Source: Acidimicrobiia bacterium
GTDB lineage: Bacteria > Actinomycetota > Acidimicrobiia > Spongiisociales > ZC4RG35
Length of the DNA stretch: 64,000 nucleotides
Assembly: GCA_035462175.1 (NCBI GenBank)
Contig: DATHUP010000065.1
Location: 64,771 to 128,770 of the forward strand
Reading direction: 5' to 3'
The notes under the pieces were generated by a model, which was given only the letters and a program-made list of their open reading frames with translations, ran no database searches and was not told the DNA's origin. A program made the position numbers and the translations under genes. Shown here piece after piece: positions 17,970 to 26,779 of this stretch (position 1 is its first letter; each line of letters opens with the position of its first letter).

Positions 17970-18138
17970 TGCACTAGTGCTCCGGCTCGTGGGTTCCGTG
18001 CGTGTAGCGCCGAGCCATCGGCGTTCCTGGCGAGGACGCAGGACGAAGGCGCACCCGGTGCGGTGCGTTGAGGACGAGGACGCAGCCAGGGACGTCGAGG
18101 GCCCGGCGGAACATGCGTGAGACTTGCGAGTCGGTGCA
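17970..18138 (-). other. about 170-nt structured intercistronic spacer between paaD and paaE
   Basis: Outer inverted repeat CTAGTGCTCCGGCTCG (17974-17989) versus CGAGTCGGTGCACTAA (18128-18143), with about 14 of 16 positions pairing once wobble is counted. Inner CCTGGC...GCCAGG pair, central CGCACC/GGTGCG hairpin, and four GAGGACG-type direct repeats. Confidence 0.4.
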
Positions 18139-18609
18139 CTAATACTCCTTGAAATGGTCGAAGGGCTCGCCACAGGAGGAGCACATCATCAGCGCCTTGC
18201 ATGCTGTGGAGCCGAAACGGGACACCAGCCTGGGTGTCGATGCCTGGCATCTGGGGCAGAGCACGACCCCGTCGGGAAGCGGCGGAGCGATTCCGAACCC
18301 GGCCAGCTTCTCCCTTCCCTCCGCGGTGATCCAGTCGCTGCTCCAGGCGGGATGGTGCACGGTGATGACCTGCACCTCGGCGAACCCGGCGGCGGCCAAG
18401 GCCGACTCGAGGTCTTCTTCAATCTGGCGCATGGCGGGGCACCCCGAGTAGGTGGGGGTGATGGTCACCTTCACCCTCCCTTCATCCCAGCTCACATCGC
18501 GCAAGATCCCCAGGTCGGCCACGGTGAGCACCGGAATCTCGGGATCGACCACTCCTCCGGCCACCTCACGCGCCAGATCCATATCGAGAGCCGGAGCCCT
18601 GCTCACCAT
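18139..18609 (-). CDS. paaD: 1,2-phenylacetyl-CoA epoxidase subunit PaaD
   Basis: VVDPEIPVLTVADLGILRDV...TITPTYSGCPAM...CPRC...CSSCGEPFDHFK. ATG 18609 overlaps the paaC stop as ATGGTGA. Confidence 0.85.
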   Translation of the reverse strand: MVSRAPALDMDLAREVAGGVVDPEIPVLTVADLGILRDVSWDEGRVKVTITPTYSGCPAMRQIEEDLESALAAAGFAEVQVITVHHPAWSSDWITAEGREKLAGFGIAPPLPDGVVLCPRCQASTPRLVSRFGSTACKALMMCSSCGEPFDHFKEY

Positions 18610-19340
18610 TTCAACCCCGGGTAGCTGCGCTGCATCCACTGCATCTCGGCGAGGAGGGGGCCGAGATGCTCGGAGTGAAACCCACTTCTCCCACCGCTGC
18701 GCTGATAGGGATCCTCGGGGACGCGAAGACCGCCTTCGTCGAGCACGTCCTGGATGGTCCCCTCCCACCGGTCGCGGCTGACCCGGCCCGGGCCTTCGAA
18801 CAACTCGCCCGTGTAACGCCACAAGGCATCGACCGCTGACTGCGAGCGATGATGCGACTCTTCGGTGCCGTCGCCGAGACGAACTACCCATGCCGACGAG
18901 TGACGCAGGTGATAGCCGGCCTCTTTGGCCGCCCGGCCCGCGATCCCGGTCACTGTCTCGTCGTCCGTGCGTGACAGCCCATCCCAAAGCTCCACCTGAT
19001 AGGCGTCGAAGAAGAGCGACCGCACCATGGTGTGGGCGAAGTCACCGTTGGGCTGCTCCACGAGCAGGAGGTTGAGGAATTCCCGCTCGGTTCGCCTCAT
19101 CGCGTAGTCGTCCTCGGTTCGGCCGGTCCCTTCGATCTCACCGGCCCGGGTGTAGAGGGCTCGAGCAACCCCGAGGTGATCGAGTGCGATGTTCCCCAGC
19201 GCGATGTCCTCCTCGAGCTCGGGTGCGTTGGAGATCCACGCCCCCAATCTCTGCGCAAGGACCAGATTGTCATCCGCATGAGCGATCAGGGTCGTGACAA
19301 GTGATTCGGGGTCTGTGGTAGAGATCTCGGCGCCCATCAC
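18603..19340 (-). CDS. paaC: 1,2-phenylacetyl-CoA epoxidase subunit PaaC
   Basis: LIAHADDNLVLAQRLGAWISNAPELEEDIALGNIALDHLG is PaaC-like. Position between paaB and paaD. Confidence 0.85.
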   Translation of the reverse strand: MMGAEISTTDPESLVTTLIAHADDNLVLAQRLGAWISNAPELEEDIALGNIALDHLGVARALYTRAGEIEGTGRTEDDYAMRRTEREFLNLLLVEQPNGDFAHTMVRSLFFDAYQVELWDGLSRTDDETVTGIAGRAAKEAGYHLRHSSAWVVRLGDGTEESHHRSQSAVDALWRYTGELFEGPGRVSRDRWEGTIQDVLDEGGLRVPEDPYQRSGGRSGFHSEHLGPLLAEMQWMQRSYPGLKW

Positions 19341-19681
19341 ATCCGCCCCACCTCGTCGGGGATTTCGTAGGTCGTGGCCAGCCGGTAAACCTTCTCGTTG
19401 GCCTCGACGTACTCGGAGATCTCGTCCGGGTCGAAGGAGTGGATCTCGCTGCTCAGAACCACCCAGAGACTGGCGCCTTCACCCCTTCTGGTGTAGACGT
19501 CCCGGGCGTTCTGCAATGCGCTCTCGGCGTCGGCGGCGTGGAGACTGCCGATGTGGACATGGGAGAGCCCGCGGTGGGCCCGGACGAACACCTCCCACAT
19601 CGGCCAGGGCTCGGCGGAGAGCTCGGTTCCCTCGTCGATGTCGGCACTCTCACCGGGGGCAACCGGCACGTCGTATGTCAC
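19337..19681 (-). CDS. paaB: 1,2-phenylacetyl-CoA epoxidase subunit PaaB
   Basis: WPMWEVFVRAHRGLSHVHIGSLHAADAESALQNARDVYTRR is the conserved PaaB core. Confidence 0.9.
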   Translation of the reverse strand: MTYDVPVAPGESADIDEGTELSAEPWPMWEVFVRAHRGLSHVHIGSLHAADAESALQNARDVYTRRGEGASLWVVLSSEIHSFDPDEISEYVEANEKVYRLATTYEIPDEVGRM

Positions 19682-19691
19682 CTGCGCCTCC

Positions 19692-20621
19692 TCATGCCGC
19701 CGTCCTCCCCGCCTTCTTGGCGGCGTGGGCGGTGGCGGCCTCTCTCACCCAGGCGCCCTCCTCCCAGGCCCTGACCTTGTGCTCGACCCGGTCACGGTTC
19801 ATCGGGCCGTTGCCTTTGACGACGGCCCAGAACTCGTCCCAGTCGATCTCGCCGAAGTCGTAATGGCCACGTTCCTCGTTCCATCGCAGCTCCGGGTCGG
19901 GGATGGTCAGATCCAGATAGCCGGCCTGGGGCACCGTCATGTCTACGAACTGCTGCCGCAAGTCGTCATTGGAGACGCGCTTGATCTTCCACTGCATCGA
20001 CTGCTCGGTGTGGGTGGAGTCGGTGTCGTGTGGGCCAAACATCATCAGAGAGGGCCACCACCAGCGATCGAGCGCATCCTGGGCCATCGCCTTTTGCTCC
20101 GCGGAGCCCTGACAGAGCCGGATCAGGATCTCGTAGCCCTGACGCTGATGGAACGACTCCTCCTTGCATATGCGGACCATGGCCCGGGCGTAGGGGCCGA
20201 ACGAGCAGCGGGTGAGCATCACCTGGTTGGTGATGGCCGCCCCGTCGACAAGCCAGCCGATGGTCCCGATGTCCGCCCAGCTCAAGGTGGGATAGTTGAA
20301 GATGGACGAGTACTTGTGCCTTCCTCGATGCAACAGCTCCTGGAGCTCGTCACGCTCGACGCCCAGGGTCTCGGCGGCGGAGTACAGATAGAGACCGTGA
20401 CCGGCCTCGTCCTGGACCTTGGCCATGAGGATGGCCTTTCGGTGCAGGGTCGGGGCCCGGGCGATCCAATTCCCTTCGGGTTGCATCCCGATCACCTCGG
20501 AATGGGCGTGCTGTGCGATCTGGCGGATCAGCGTCTTGCGGTAGGCGTCGGGCATCCAGTCGGTCGCCTCGACCTTTTCCTCGGCGGCGACGATGGCGTC
20601 GAAACGCTCTTCATGGCTCAT
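19692..20621 (-). CDS. paaA: 1,2-phenylacetyl-CoA epoxidase catalytic subunit PaaA
   Basis: [11 protein letters not shown]...[19 protein letters not shown]...[13 protein letters not shown] shows di-iron ligand contexts. ATG 20621 chosen. Confidence 0.9.
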   Translation of the reverse strand: MSHEERFDAIVAAEEKVEATDWMPDAYRKTLIRQIAQHAHSEVIGMQPEGNWIARAPTLHRKAILMAKVQDEAGHGLYLYSAAETLGVERDELQELLHRGRHKYSSIFNYPTLSWADIGTIGWLVDGAAITNQVMLTRCSFGPYARAMVRICKEESFHQRQGYEILIRLCQGSAEQKAMAQDALDRWWWPSLMMFGPHDTDSTHTEQSMQWKIKRVSNDDLRQQFVDMTVPQAGYLDLTIPDPELRWNEERGHYDFGEIDWDEFWAVVKGNGPMNRDRVEHKVRAWEEGAWVREAATAHAAKKAGRTAA

Positions 20622-20636
20622 GCCCGGAGAATAACA

Positions 20637-20654
20637 CGAACGAACGTTCGTTCG
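20637..20654. promoter_or_regulatory. perfect 18-bp palindrome CGAACGAACGTTCGTTCG, candidate PaaR (TetR) operator
   Basis: Read directly. It lies 16-33 nt upstream of the paaA ATG and contains two overlapping matches to CNAACGNNCGTTNG, a PaaR-type consensus as I remember it. Confidence 0.5.
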
Positions 20655-20827
20655 AATGGGACTAGTCATATCAGGGGGATCGAAAAACGGCTCTGGAGGA
20701 AGGCCGGGACCGGAGGGAGAGTGGGGCTGCGCTGGGAGAGAGCGCCAACGGGGATTGCGACGGGCGCTCACCCCTCGGCATCTTGGCTTGCAGATGAATG
20801 TCGGGAGCGATCCCCGCAATCACCCCA

Positions 20828-20864
20828 GAAGGGAGGGTCTCACCACAGGGAGGCCCTCCCTTCG
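20828..20864 (-). terminator. stem-loop downstream of the ABC-F gene (putative intrinsic terminator, no U-tract)
   Basis: GAAGGGAGGG (20828-20837) pairs perfectly with CCCTCCCTTC (20855-20864). It begins about 20 nt after the ABC-F stop. Confidence 0.35.
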
Positions 20865-20882
20865 TCGTTGTGCGGCGCCCTC

Positions 20883-22481
20883 TTAGGCGAGGGCGACCAG
20901 ATCGAGCAGCTCCTCGTCGAAGAAGCGCATCTCGCCTTCGGGCATGAGCACCGCCCGGTCCGGCACCAGCTCGGCGACGAAGTCGGTGTCGTGACTCACC
21001 AGCAGCACCGTCCCCTCGTAGAGGGTGAGTGCGTCGAGGAGGGCCTCCTTCGCCTGTGGGTCGAGGTTGTTGGTCGGCTCGTCGAGGAGGAGGACGTTGG
21101 GCCGCGCCGCCACCAACATGGCCAGGGCGAGTTTGGTCTTCTCCCCCCCGGAGAGCGTCGCGGCGTCCTGGTCGACCTTGTCGGCCAGGAGGAAGTGACC
21201 CAACAGCGAGCGCAAGGTCTGCTCGGGCAGACCGCCCACCTCTCGCATGTGATCGAGAACGGTGATCCCGGCGATGATCTGCTCGTGCTCCTGGGCGTAA
21301 TAGCCGAGACTCGCCTTGTGCCCGAGGGACACCTCCCCGAGATCTGGTGTCTCCACCCCGGCCAGGATTCGAAGCAGTGTCGTCTTGCCCGCCCCGTTCA
21401 GCCCGATCAGCAGCATCCGCTCCCCTCTCTCCACGGCGAGCTCGACGTCGACGAAGACCAGGTTGTCCCCGAACGACTTTGCCAGCCCGAATGCGGACAG
21501 GGGCACACGGCCCGACTGCTCGGGCTGGGGAAAGGCGACCTTCACCTTCTTGCCCCGCCGTTGCACCTCGACCAGCTCCCGTTTCATCCGGTCGACCCTG
21601 GTCTCCCAAGCCCGAGCCGCCTTGGCCATCTTCTCGGTGCTCCCCTTGAAGCGTCGGATGTTCTCCTCGAGCCGGGCGATCGCCTCGTCCTGATGTCTGC
21701 GCTGCCGCTCCTTCTGCACCCGTCTCCGGTCCCGCTCGGCGAGATAGTGCGAGTAGTTGCCCCGGTACGCCTCGATCTCCCCGTGCTCCAGGGCCAGGAC
21801 CGAGGTGATCGCCTCGTCGAGGAGGGGCAGGTCGTGGGAGACGACCAACATGCCTCCCCGGTAAGACGACAGCCACTCGATCAGCCAGGTCTTGGCGTCG
21901 AGATCGAGATGGTTGGTGGGCTCGTCGAGAAGCATGATGTCGGTCTCGGCAAAGAGGATCCGGGCCAGCTCGACCCGACGACGCTGCCCACCGGACATGG
22001 TCAGCACCGATTGACCCAATTCGTCGTTGCCGATCCCCAGAGCGGCCGCCATTCGCTTCGCCTCGGCCTCGGCGACGAATCCGCCCTTGGCCTCGAACTC
22101 CTCGTGGAGCCTGGTGAAACGGGCGATGCCCCGGTCCCGCTCCGCCCCGCTCAGGTCATGGAGCCGACGTCTCGCCTCCTCGATACGACGTTGCAATGCC
22201 CCGATCTCCCGCGCCATCAGGATCCGTTCCAGGGCGGTGGCGTCGGGATGCTCGAGCTCGGGCAAGGATGCCTCCTGGGAGAAGTAGCCGATGCGCCCGG
22301 ACCTGAGGATCGTCCCTTCCACCGGCGCCTGGGCGCCGGTCAGCGTCCTCATCAAGGTGGTCTTTCCCGCCCCGTTGCGGCCGACGAGACCGATCCGGTC
22401 GCCCGACTGCACGCTGAACGAGGCCCCTTCGAGCAGGATGCGGGGGCCGACGTCGATCCGGAGGTCGCGTGCGATCAGCAT
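20883..22481 (-). CDS. ABC-F family ATPase (two ABC domains, no TM domain)
   Basis: Walker A GRNGAGKTT and GLNGAGKTT. Signatures MSGGQRRR and LSGGEKTK. A charged inter-domain linker is present. Confidence 0.9.
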   Translation of the reverse strand: MLIARDLRIDVGPRILLEGASFSVQSGDRIGLVGRNGAGKTTLMRTLTGAQAPVEGTILRSGRIGYFSQEASLPELEHPDATALERILMAREIGALQRRIEEARRRLHDLSGAERDRGIARFTRLHEEFEAKGGFVAEAEAKRMAAALGIGNDELGQSVLTMSGGQRRRVELARILFAETDIMLLDEPTNHLDLDAKTWLIEWLSSYRGGMLVVSHDLPLLDEAITSVLALEHGEIEAYRGNYSHYLAERDRRRVQKERQRRHQDEAIARLEENIRRFKGSTEKMAKAARAWETRVDRMKRELVEVQRRGKKVKVAFPQPEQSGRVPLSAFGLAKSFGDNLVFVDVELAVERGERMLLIGLNGAGKTTLLRILAGVETPDLGEVSLGHKASLGYYAQEHEQIIAGITVLDHMREVGGLPEQTLRSLLGHFLLADKVDQDAATLSGGEKTKLALAMLVAARPNVLLLDEPTNNLDPQAKEALLDALTLYEGTVLLVSHDTDFVAELVPDRAVLMPEGEMRFFDEELLDLVALA

Positions 22482-22590
22482 GAGCGAACGGTGTCGACGG
22501 GAGGTTAGGAGCGGGGATCGACATACCCCGGCTGATTAATGGGGGGATCGGCGCGCCGGGGGCGCCCGGCAGCGACTACCTTCTCGCCCC

Positions 22591-23673
22591 ATGTTCGGGC
22601 GGTTCAAGGCGCTGTTCGACTCACCCTTCCTGCGCCGGGTGAGCTGGCATGTGCGACGGGTGGGCGAGAAGATCGACAAACGGTTCTTCAGCTCGCTCCT
22701 CCTCGGTCTCGCCCTTTTCCTCTCGGTGGCGGCGGTTGCGATCTGGCTGGCCGAGACCGAGGGCTCGGTCGAGCAGCTGGGCCGGTCCTTCTACTGGGCT
22801 GGAGCCACCGTGCTCGGTCTCGGCGAGGGGGGCTTTGTCTCCGGGCCAGTGGGCTGGGCCGTGGGTTGGCTGCTGGGATTGTTCGGGGTGGCCATCGTGG
22901 CCACCATCACCGGGGCACTGGTGGGTTTCGTCATCGATTTCCTATTGAAGGAGGGACAAGGGATGGGAGCTTCGGGGTATCGGGACCACATCGTGGTTTG
23001 CGGTTGGAACTCGACTGCCCGTGACCTGATCGGGGAGCTGGCCCGGGACGAGTACGGGACCAAGATCGTCCTGCTCCACGACAGTGAGCGAAGCCCGGCC
23101 GACGACTCGGTGTACTTCGTCCGCGGTGACACCACCAACGAGGGAGACCTCAAGCGGGCCGGGATCGAGAGCGCGGTGTCCGCCATCATCTGCCCGGCGG
23201 ACGGGTCGAACGAAGCCGACATGTCCTCCATCCTCACCGTCCTCGCCATCGAGTCCCTGGCCCCCGAGGTGCGCACTGTCGTCGAGGTGAACAACCCCGA
23301 CCACGTCCCCCACTTCAGACGGGCCGACGTGGACGAGGTGATGGTGACGTCCAAGCTGGCCTCACATCTCCTCGCCCGGACCGCCATGTACCCGGGTCTG
23401 TCCGAGCTGGTGATGGACATCGTCTCCGGGGGGCAAGGCTCCGAGCTGTACCGGGTCACCCTCCCGGAGGACTGCGTCGGCATGTCCATCGACGAGCTCT
23501 CCGCCAAGCTGCGCAGGGATCACCACGCGACGTTGCTGGCGGTGTCACGAGACGGGACCACACACACCAACCCAGACCCGGGCTTCCGGTTGGAGAACGA
23601 GGACGACCTGGTCGTGGTGGCCGAGTCCCTGGGCGCCCTGCAACCCCTGCGGGAGTCGTCGGCGCTCGCCTGA
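22591..23673 (+). CDS. 2-TM potassium-channel-like protein with a C-terminal RCK/TrkA-N domain
   Basis: TM1, then the pore segment FYWAGATVLGLGEGGF, then TM2, then a Rossmann-like HIVVCGWNSTARDLIGEL and an RCK C-lobe. Confidence 0.8.
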   Translation: MFGRFKALFDSPFLRRVSWHVRRVGEKIDKRFFSSLLLGLALFLSVAAVAIWLAETEGSVEQLGRSFYWAGATVLGLGEGGFVSGPVGWAVGWLLGLFGVAIVATITGALVGFVIDFLLKEGQGMGASGYRDHIVVCGWNSTARDLIGELARDEYGTKIVLLHDSERSPADDSVYFVRGDTTNEGDLKRAGIESAVSAIICPADGSNEADMSSILTVLAIESLAPEVRTVVEVNNPDHVPHFRRADVDEVMVTSKLASHLLARTAMYPGLSELVMDIVSGGQGSELYRVTLPEDCVGMSIDELSAKLRRDHHATLLAVSRDGTTHTNPDPGFRLENEDDLVVVAESLGALQPLRESSALA

Positions 23674-23890
23674 GAGGCAAGCCCGATATTTCGGCTGCGG
23701 GAAAGCCGGCGTTCACCTCATGGTCACCCGGGTCGGGTAGAACTCGGGTTGCCGGAGATCGCCACGGATCACCGGCGACAACCGATCCCTCCTCCCAGGA
23801 TCATCGGGGCGGCCAACGGGTCGCCCCGATCTCGTATTGGCCACCGGGTCGGGGAGCCCGGCGCCCATGCCGTAGTCTCACCGCTCGAGC

Positions 23891-25078
23891 ATGACCAATA
23901 TCCCGAATCGGACACGAGTCGTAATCATCGGGGGCGGCCCGGCCGGCTCCCTGCTGGCCTATCTGCTCCACCTGCACGACGTCGACACGGTGATACTCGA
24001 GCTGCGCACCAGAGCGCACGTGCTGGAGCGGGTCAGGGCCGGGGTGATCGAGCACGGGAGCGCCGAGATCCTGGAGGACGCCGGTCTCGGCCGCCGAATG
24101 GGAAGGGAGGGCTTCGCCCACGACGGGGTTCAGATCGCCTTCGCCGGGGAGATGCTGCGTGTCGACTTCAAGGGACTGACCGGACGGCACGTGACCATCT
24201 ATGGCCAGACCGAGCTGCAAAAGGACCTGTACGAGGCGATCGACGCCGCGGGGGTCCCTCTCGTCGACGAGGTGGAGGACATCAGGATCGACGACGTCGA
24301 ATCGGAGAGCCCGTCGGTGGTCTTCACCCACCGGGGCGAGACCCACACCATCGCCTGCGACTTCGTCGCCGGCTGCGACGGGGTCCACGGCGTGAGCCGG
24401 GACTTCATCCCGGCCGGGTTGAGACACAGCTTCGAGCGGATCTACCCGTTCTGTTGGGTCGGCCTGCTCTCGGAAACCCCGCCGGTCAGCGACGAGCTGA
24501 TCTATGCGAGCCACGAGCGAGGCTTTGCCCTGTGCTCGATGCGCAACGAGCACCGCAGCCGCTACTACGTCCAGGGCCCCGCCGACACCACCCTCGACGA
24601 CTGGCCGGACGACCGCTTCTGGTCCGAGCTGACCGCAAGGCTCCCCCCAGGGCCGGCGCAGAGCCTGGTCAGCGGCCCTTCCATCGAGAAGCTCATCACC
24701 CCGTTGCGAAGCTGGGTCAGGGAGCCGATGAGCCACGGTCGGCTGTTCCTGGCCGGCGACGCCGCCCACATCGTCCCCCCGACCGGGGCGAAAGGGCTGA
24801 ACCTGGCCATCTCCGACGTTGTGTATCTGAGCCGGGCCTTTGCAGACTTCTACACCTCCGGCTCGACCACGGGGCTCGAGGGATACTCGGACACCGCCCT
24901 GGCCAGGGTGTGGAAGGCGGTGCGGTTCTCCTGGTGGATGACCACCATGCTGCATACCTTCCCCGGGATGAGCGACGAGTTCGAGCGTCGGCTCCAGATC
25001 GCCGAGCTGGAGCATCTGTTCGAATCGGAGAGTGCGCAGCTGGTGATGGCCGAGAACTATGTGGGCCTGCCTCTGTGA
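23891..25078 (+). CDS. pobA: 4-hydroxybenzoate 3-monooxygenase
   Basis: RVVIIGGGPAGSLLAYLL...GCDGVHGVSR...LFLAGDAAHIVPPTGAKGLNLA is the PobA/FAD monooxygenase pattern. Confidence 0.9.
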   Translation: MTNIPNRTRVVIIGGGPAGSLLAYLLHLHDVDTVILELRTRAHVLERVRAGVIEHGSAEILEDAGLGRRMGREGFAHDGVQIAFAGEMLRVDFKGLTGRHVTIYGQTELQKDLYEAIDAAGVPLVDEVEDIRIDDVESESPSVVFTHRGETHTIACDFVAGCDGVHGVSRDFIPAGLRHSFERIYPFCWVGLLSETPPVSDELIYASHERGFALCSMRNEHRSRYYVQGPADTTLDDWPDDRFWSELTARLPPGPAQSLVSGPSIEKLITPLRSWVREPMSHGRLFLAGDAAHIVPPTGAKGLNLAISDVVYLSRAFADFYTSGSTTGLEGYSDTALARVWKAVRFSWWMTTMLHTFPGMSDEFERRLQIAELEHLFESESAQLVMAENYVGLPL

Positions 25079-25103
25079 GGCCGGTGTGAGCGAGAAGGGC
25101 ACG

Positions 25104-25475
25104 ATGAGCGGATACGAGGACGGGATGAGGGTTAGACGGAAGGTCCTCGGTGACGAGCATGTCGACCGGGCGACCGCTTCCGCCACAGGGATGGATGCCG
25201 ACTTCCAGCGATGGATCACCGAGACGGCGTGGGGAGGGGTCTGGGCCAGACCAGGTCTCGACCTGAGGACACGGAGCCTCATAACCATCGCCATCCTCGG
25301 GAGCCTCAACCACGAGGAGCTCGAGCTTCACCTCCGCGCCGCGAGGAACACCGGCGTGACACCGGCGGAGATCGGGGAGGCCCTTCTCCACGTCGCCGTC
25401 TATGCCGGTGTCCCCGCCGCCAACCGGGCTTTCAAGGTGGCCAAGACGATCTACGACGAGGATGATGCGAAATGA
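25104..25475 (+). CDS. pcaC: 4-carboxymuconolactone decarboxylase
   Basis: WARPGLDLRTRSLITIAILGSLNHEELELHLRAARNTGVTPAEIGEALLHVAVYAGVPAA is the CMD family pattern. Confidence 0.85.
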   Translation: MSGYEDGMRVRRKVLGDEHVDRATASATGMDADFQRWITETAWGGVWARPGLDLRTRSLITIAILGSLNHEELELHLRAARNTGVTPAEIGEALLHVAVYAGVPAANRAFKVAKTIYDEDDAK

Positions 25476-26197
25476 GCGAGCCCGTGATCCGCCACTACGG
25501 CCCCAAGGCATACGCCGACCACCCGCCGTTCTCCTATCCCGACTACCGGTCGACGGTCAAGCGAAGCCCCGGCCACGATCTGATCCGGATCGTGCAGACC
25601 CTGACCGAGACCACCGGCCCCGGCCCGGCGTGGGCCGAGATCTCCGAGGAGGACACCGACCTGACCACCAACACCGGCACGGGGAGCCCGGCCATCGGCG
25701 AGCGGATCATCGTCACCGGGCGGGTCCTGGACGAAGAGGGACGGGGAGTGCCCGACACCGTTGTCGAGATCTGGCAGCCGAACGCCAGCGGGCGCTACGC
25801 CCATTGGCGGGAGACCGAGTTCCCAGCTCCCCTCGATCCCAACTTCGTCGGGGTGGGCCAGTGTCTCACCGACCGCCAAGGTGCATATCGGTTCACCACC
25901 ATCAAGCCAGGGCCCTATCCGTGGGGGAACCACCCCAAGGCCTGGCGCCCCTCCCACATCCACTTCTCGCTGCTCGGGCCCGCCCTCGGCATGCGTCTGG
26001 TCACGCAGATGTACTTCCCCGGCGACCCGCTGATCCCCCTCGACCCGATCTTCAACTCCGCCCCACCTCATGCCAGGGACCGCCTCGTCGCCACCTACGA
26101 CCACGACGTCACCGAGGCCAATTGGGCCCTGGGTTATCGCTGGGACATCGTGCTTCGCGGCGAGATGGCCACCCCGCTCGACGAGGGGGAGAGTTGA
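25472..26197 (+). CDS. pcaH: protocatechuate 3,4-dioxygenase beta subunit
   Basis: VVEIWQPNASGRYAH...TIKPGPYPWGNHPKAWRPSHIHFSL. Confidence 0.9.
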   Translation: MSEPVIRHYGPKAYADHPPFSYPDYRSTVKRSPGHDLIRIVQTLTETTGPGPAWAEISEEDTDLTTNTGTGSPAIGERIIVTGRVLDEEGRGVPDTVVEIWQPNASGRYAHWRETEFPAPLDPNFVGVGQCLTDRQGAYRFTTIKPGPYPWGNHPKAWRPSHIHFSLLGPALGMRLVTQMYFPGDPLIPLDPIFNSAPPHARDRLVATYDHDVTEANWALGYRWDIVLRGEMATPLDEGES

Positions 26198-26778
26198 GGG
26201 GGCGGCTGGGGCAGACGCCGTCGCAGACCGTCGGGCCCTTCTTCACGCTCAGGCTCTACCGCGAGGGGGAGAACGTCCTGGTCGGCCCCGGCCGGGACGA
26301 GGAGCGAATAGTGATCGAGGGACGGGTGCTGGACGGGGACCGGAACCACATCGAGGACGCCCTCCTCGAGATCTGGCAGGCGAATCCGTCGGGCAGATAT
26401 CGCCATGCCGACGACAGCCGCGACCTCCCGCTCGACGAAGGTTTCACCGGCTTCGGGCGGGCGATCTCCGACTTCCACACCGGCGAGTACCGATTCGAGA
26501 CGGTGAAGCCGGGCCCGGTCCCCGACGTCGAGGGCGCTTTCCAGGCGCCACACATCTCATTGATCGTCCAGGGGCGTGGAATGCTCAACCCGGTGTTCAC
26601 CCGGATCTACTTCTCCGACGAGGAGCGGGCCAATGGAGACGACCTCATCCTGCGCACCGTTCCCGCGAGCAGACGCCACACCCTCATCGCCGAGCTGACC
26701 GACGAGGGGCCACCCAGGGTCTACCGATTCGACGTGCGGTTCCAGGGTGAGGACGAGACGGTGTTCTTCGACTTCTGA
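26194..26778 (+). CDS. pcaG: protocatechuate 3,4-dioxygenase alpha subunit
   Basis: LGQTPSQTVGPFF...LEIWQANPSGRYRH...TVKPGPVP...APHISLIVQGRGM. TTG 26194 overlaps the pcaH stop as TTGA. The long ORF-track N-terminus is rejected. Confidence 0.85.
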   Translation: MRGRLGQTPSQTVGPFFTLRLYREGENVLVGPGRDEERIVIEGRVLDGDRNHIEDALLEIWQANPSGRYRHADDSRDLPLDEGFTGFGRAISDFHTGEYRFETVKPGPVPDVEGAFQAPHISLIVQGRGMLNPVFTRIYFSDEERANGDDLILRTVPASRRHTLIAELTDEGPPRVYRFDVRFQGEDETVFFDF

Positions 26779-26779
26779 C

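Noticed and set aside
16899-18173. Full 424-aa version of paaE, which would make the 170-nt spacer coding
   Set aside because: The extra 68 N-terminal residues (MASPSTISRSISAPTRKSHACSAGPSTSLAASSSS...) are S/R/T-rich and unlike PaaE. Alignment with the PaaE N-terminus (FH.L.V..V) starts at GVG-proximal GTG 17969. Kept as a finding about the spacer instead.
19551-22508. 985-aa plus-strand ORF, the longest in the track
   Set aside because: It is antisense to paaB/paaA, crosses a 260-bp intergenic region and is then antisense to the ABC-F gene. It is low-complexity (G/R/P/L/H-rich), whereas the minus-strand products have textbook Walker and di-iron motifs.
23803-23832. 9-bp stem hairpin (ATCGGGGCG...CGCCCCGAT) between the channel gene and pobA as a terminator
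   Set aside because: It lies about 130 nt after the channel gene stop with no U-tract and only about 60 nt before pobA. I could not support a specific function from sequence alone.
23801-25309. 502-aa minus-strand ORF, together with the 446-aa plus-strand ORF at 23749-25089
   Set aside because: One is antisense to pobA and the other lies out of frame over it. pobA has the GxGxxG, DG and GD FAD motifs, and these two ORFs have none.
25402-26778. 458-aa ORF spanning pcaH in another frame
   Set aside because: Only the last 194 codons (from TTG 26194) match PcaG. The upstream part is R/P/G-rich and overlaps pcaH, which has its own strong motifs.
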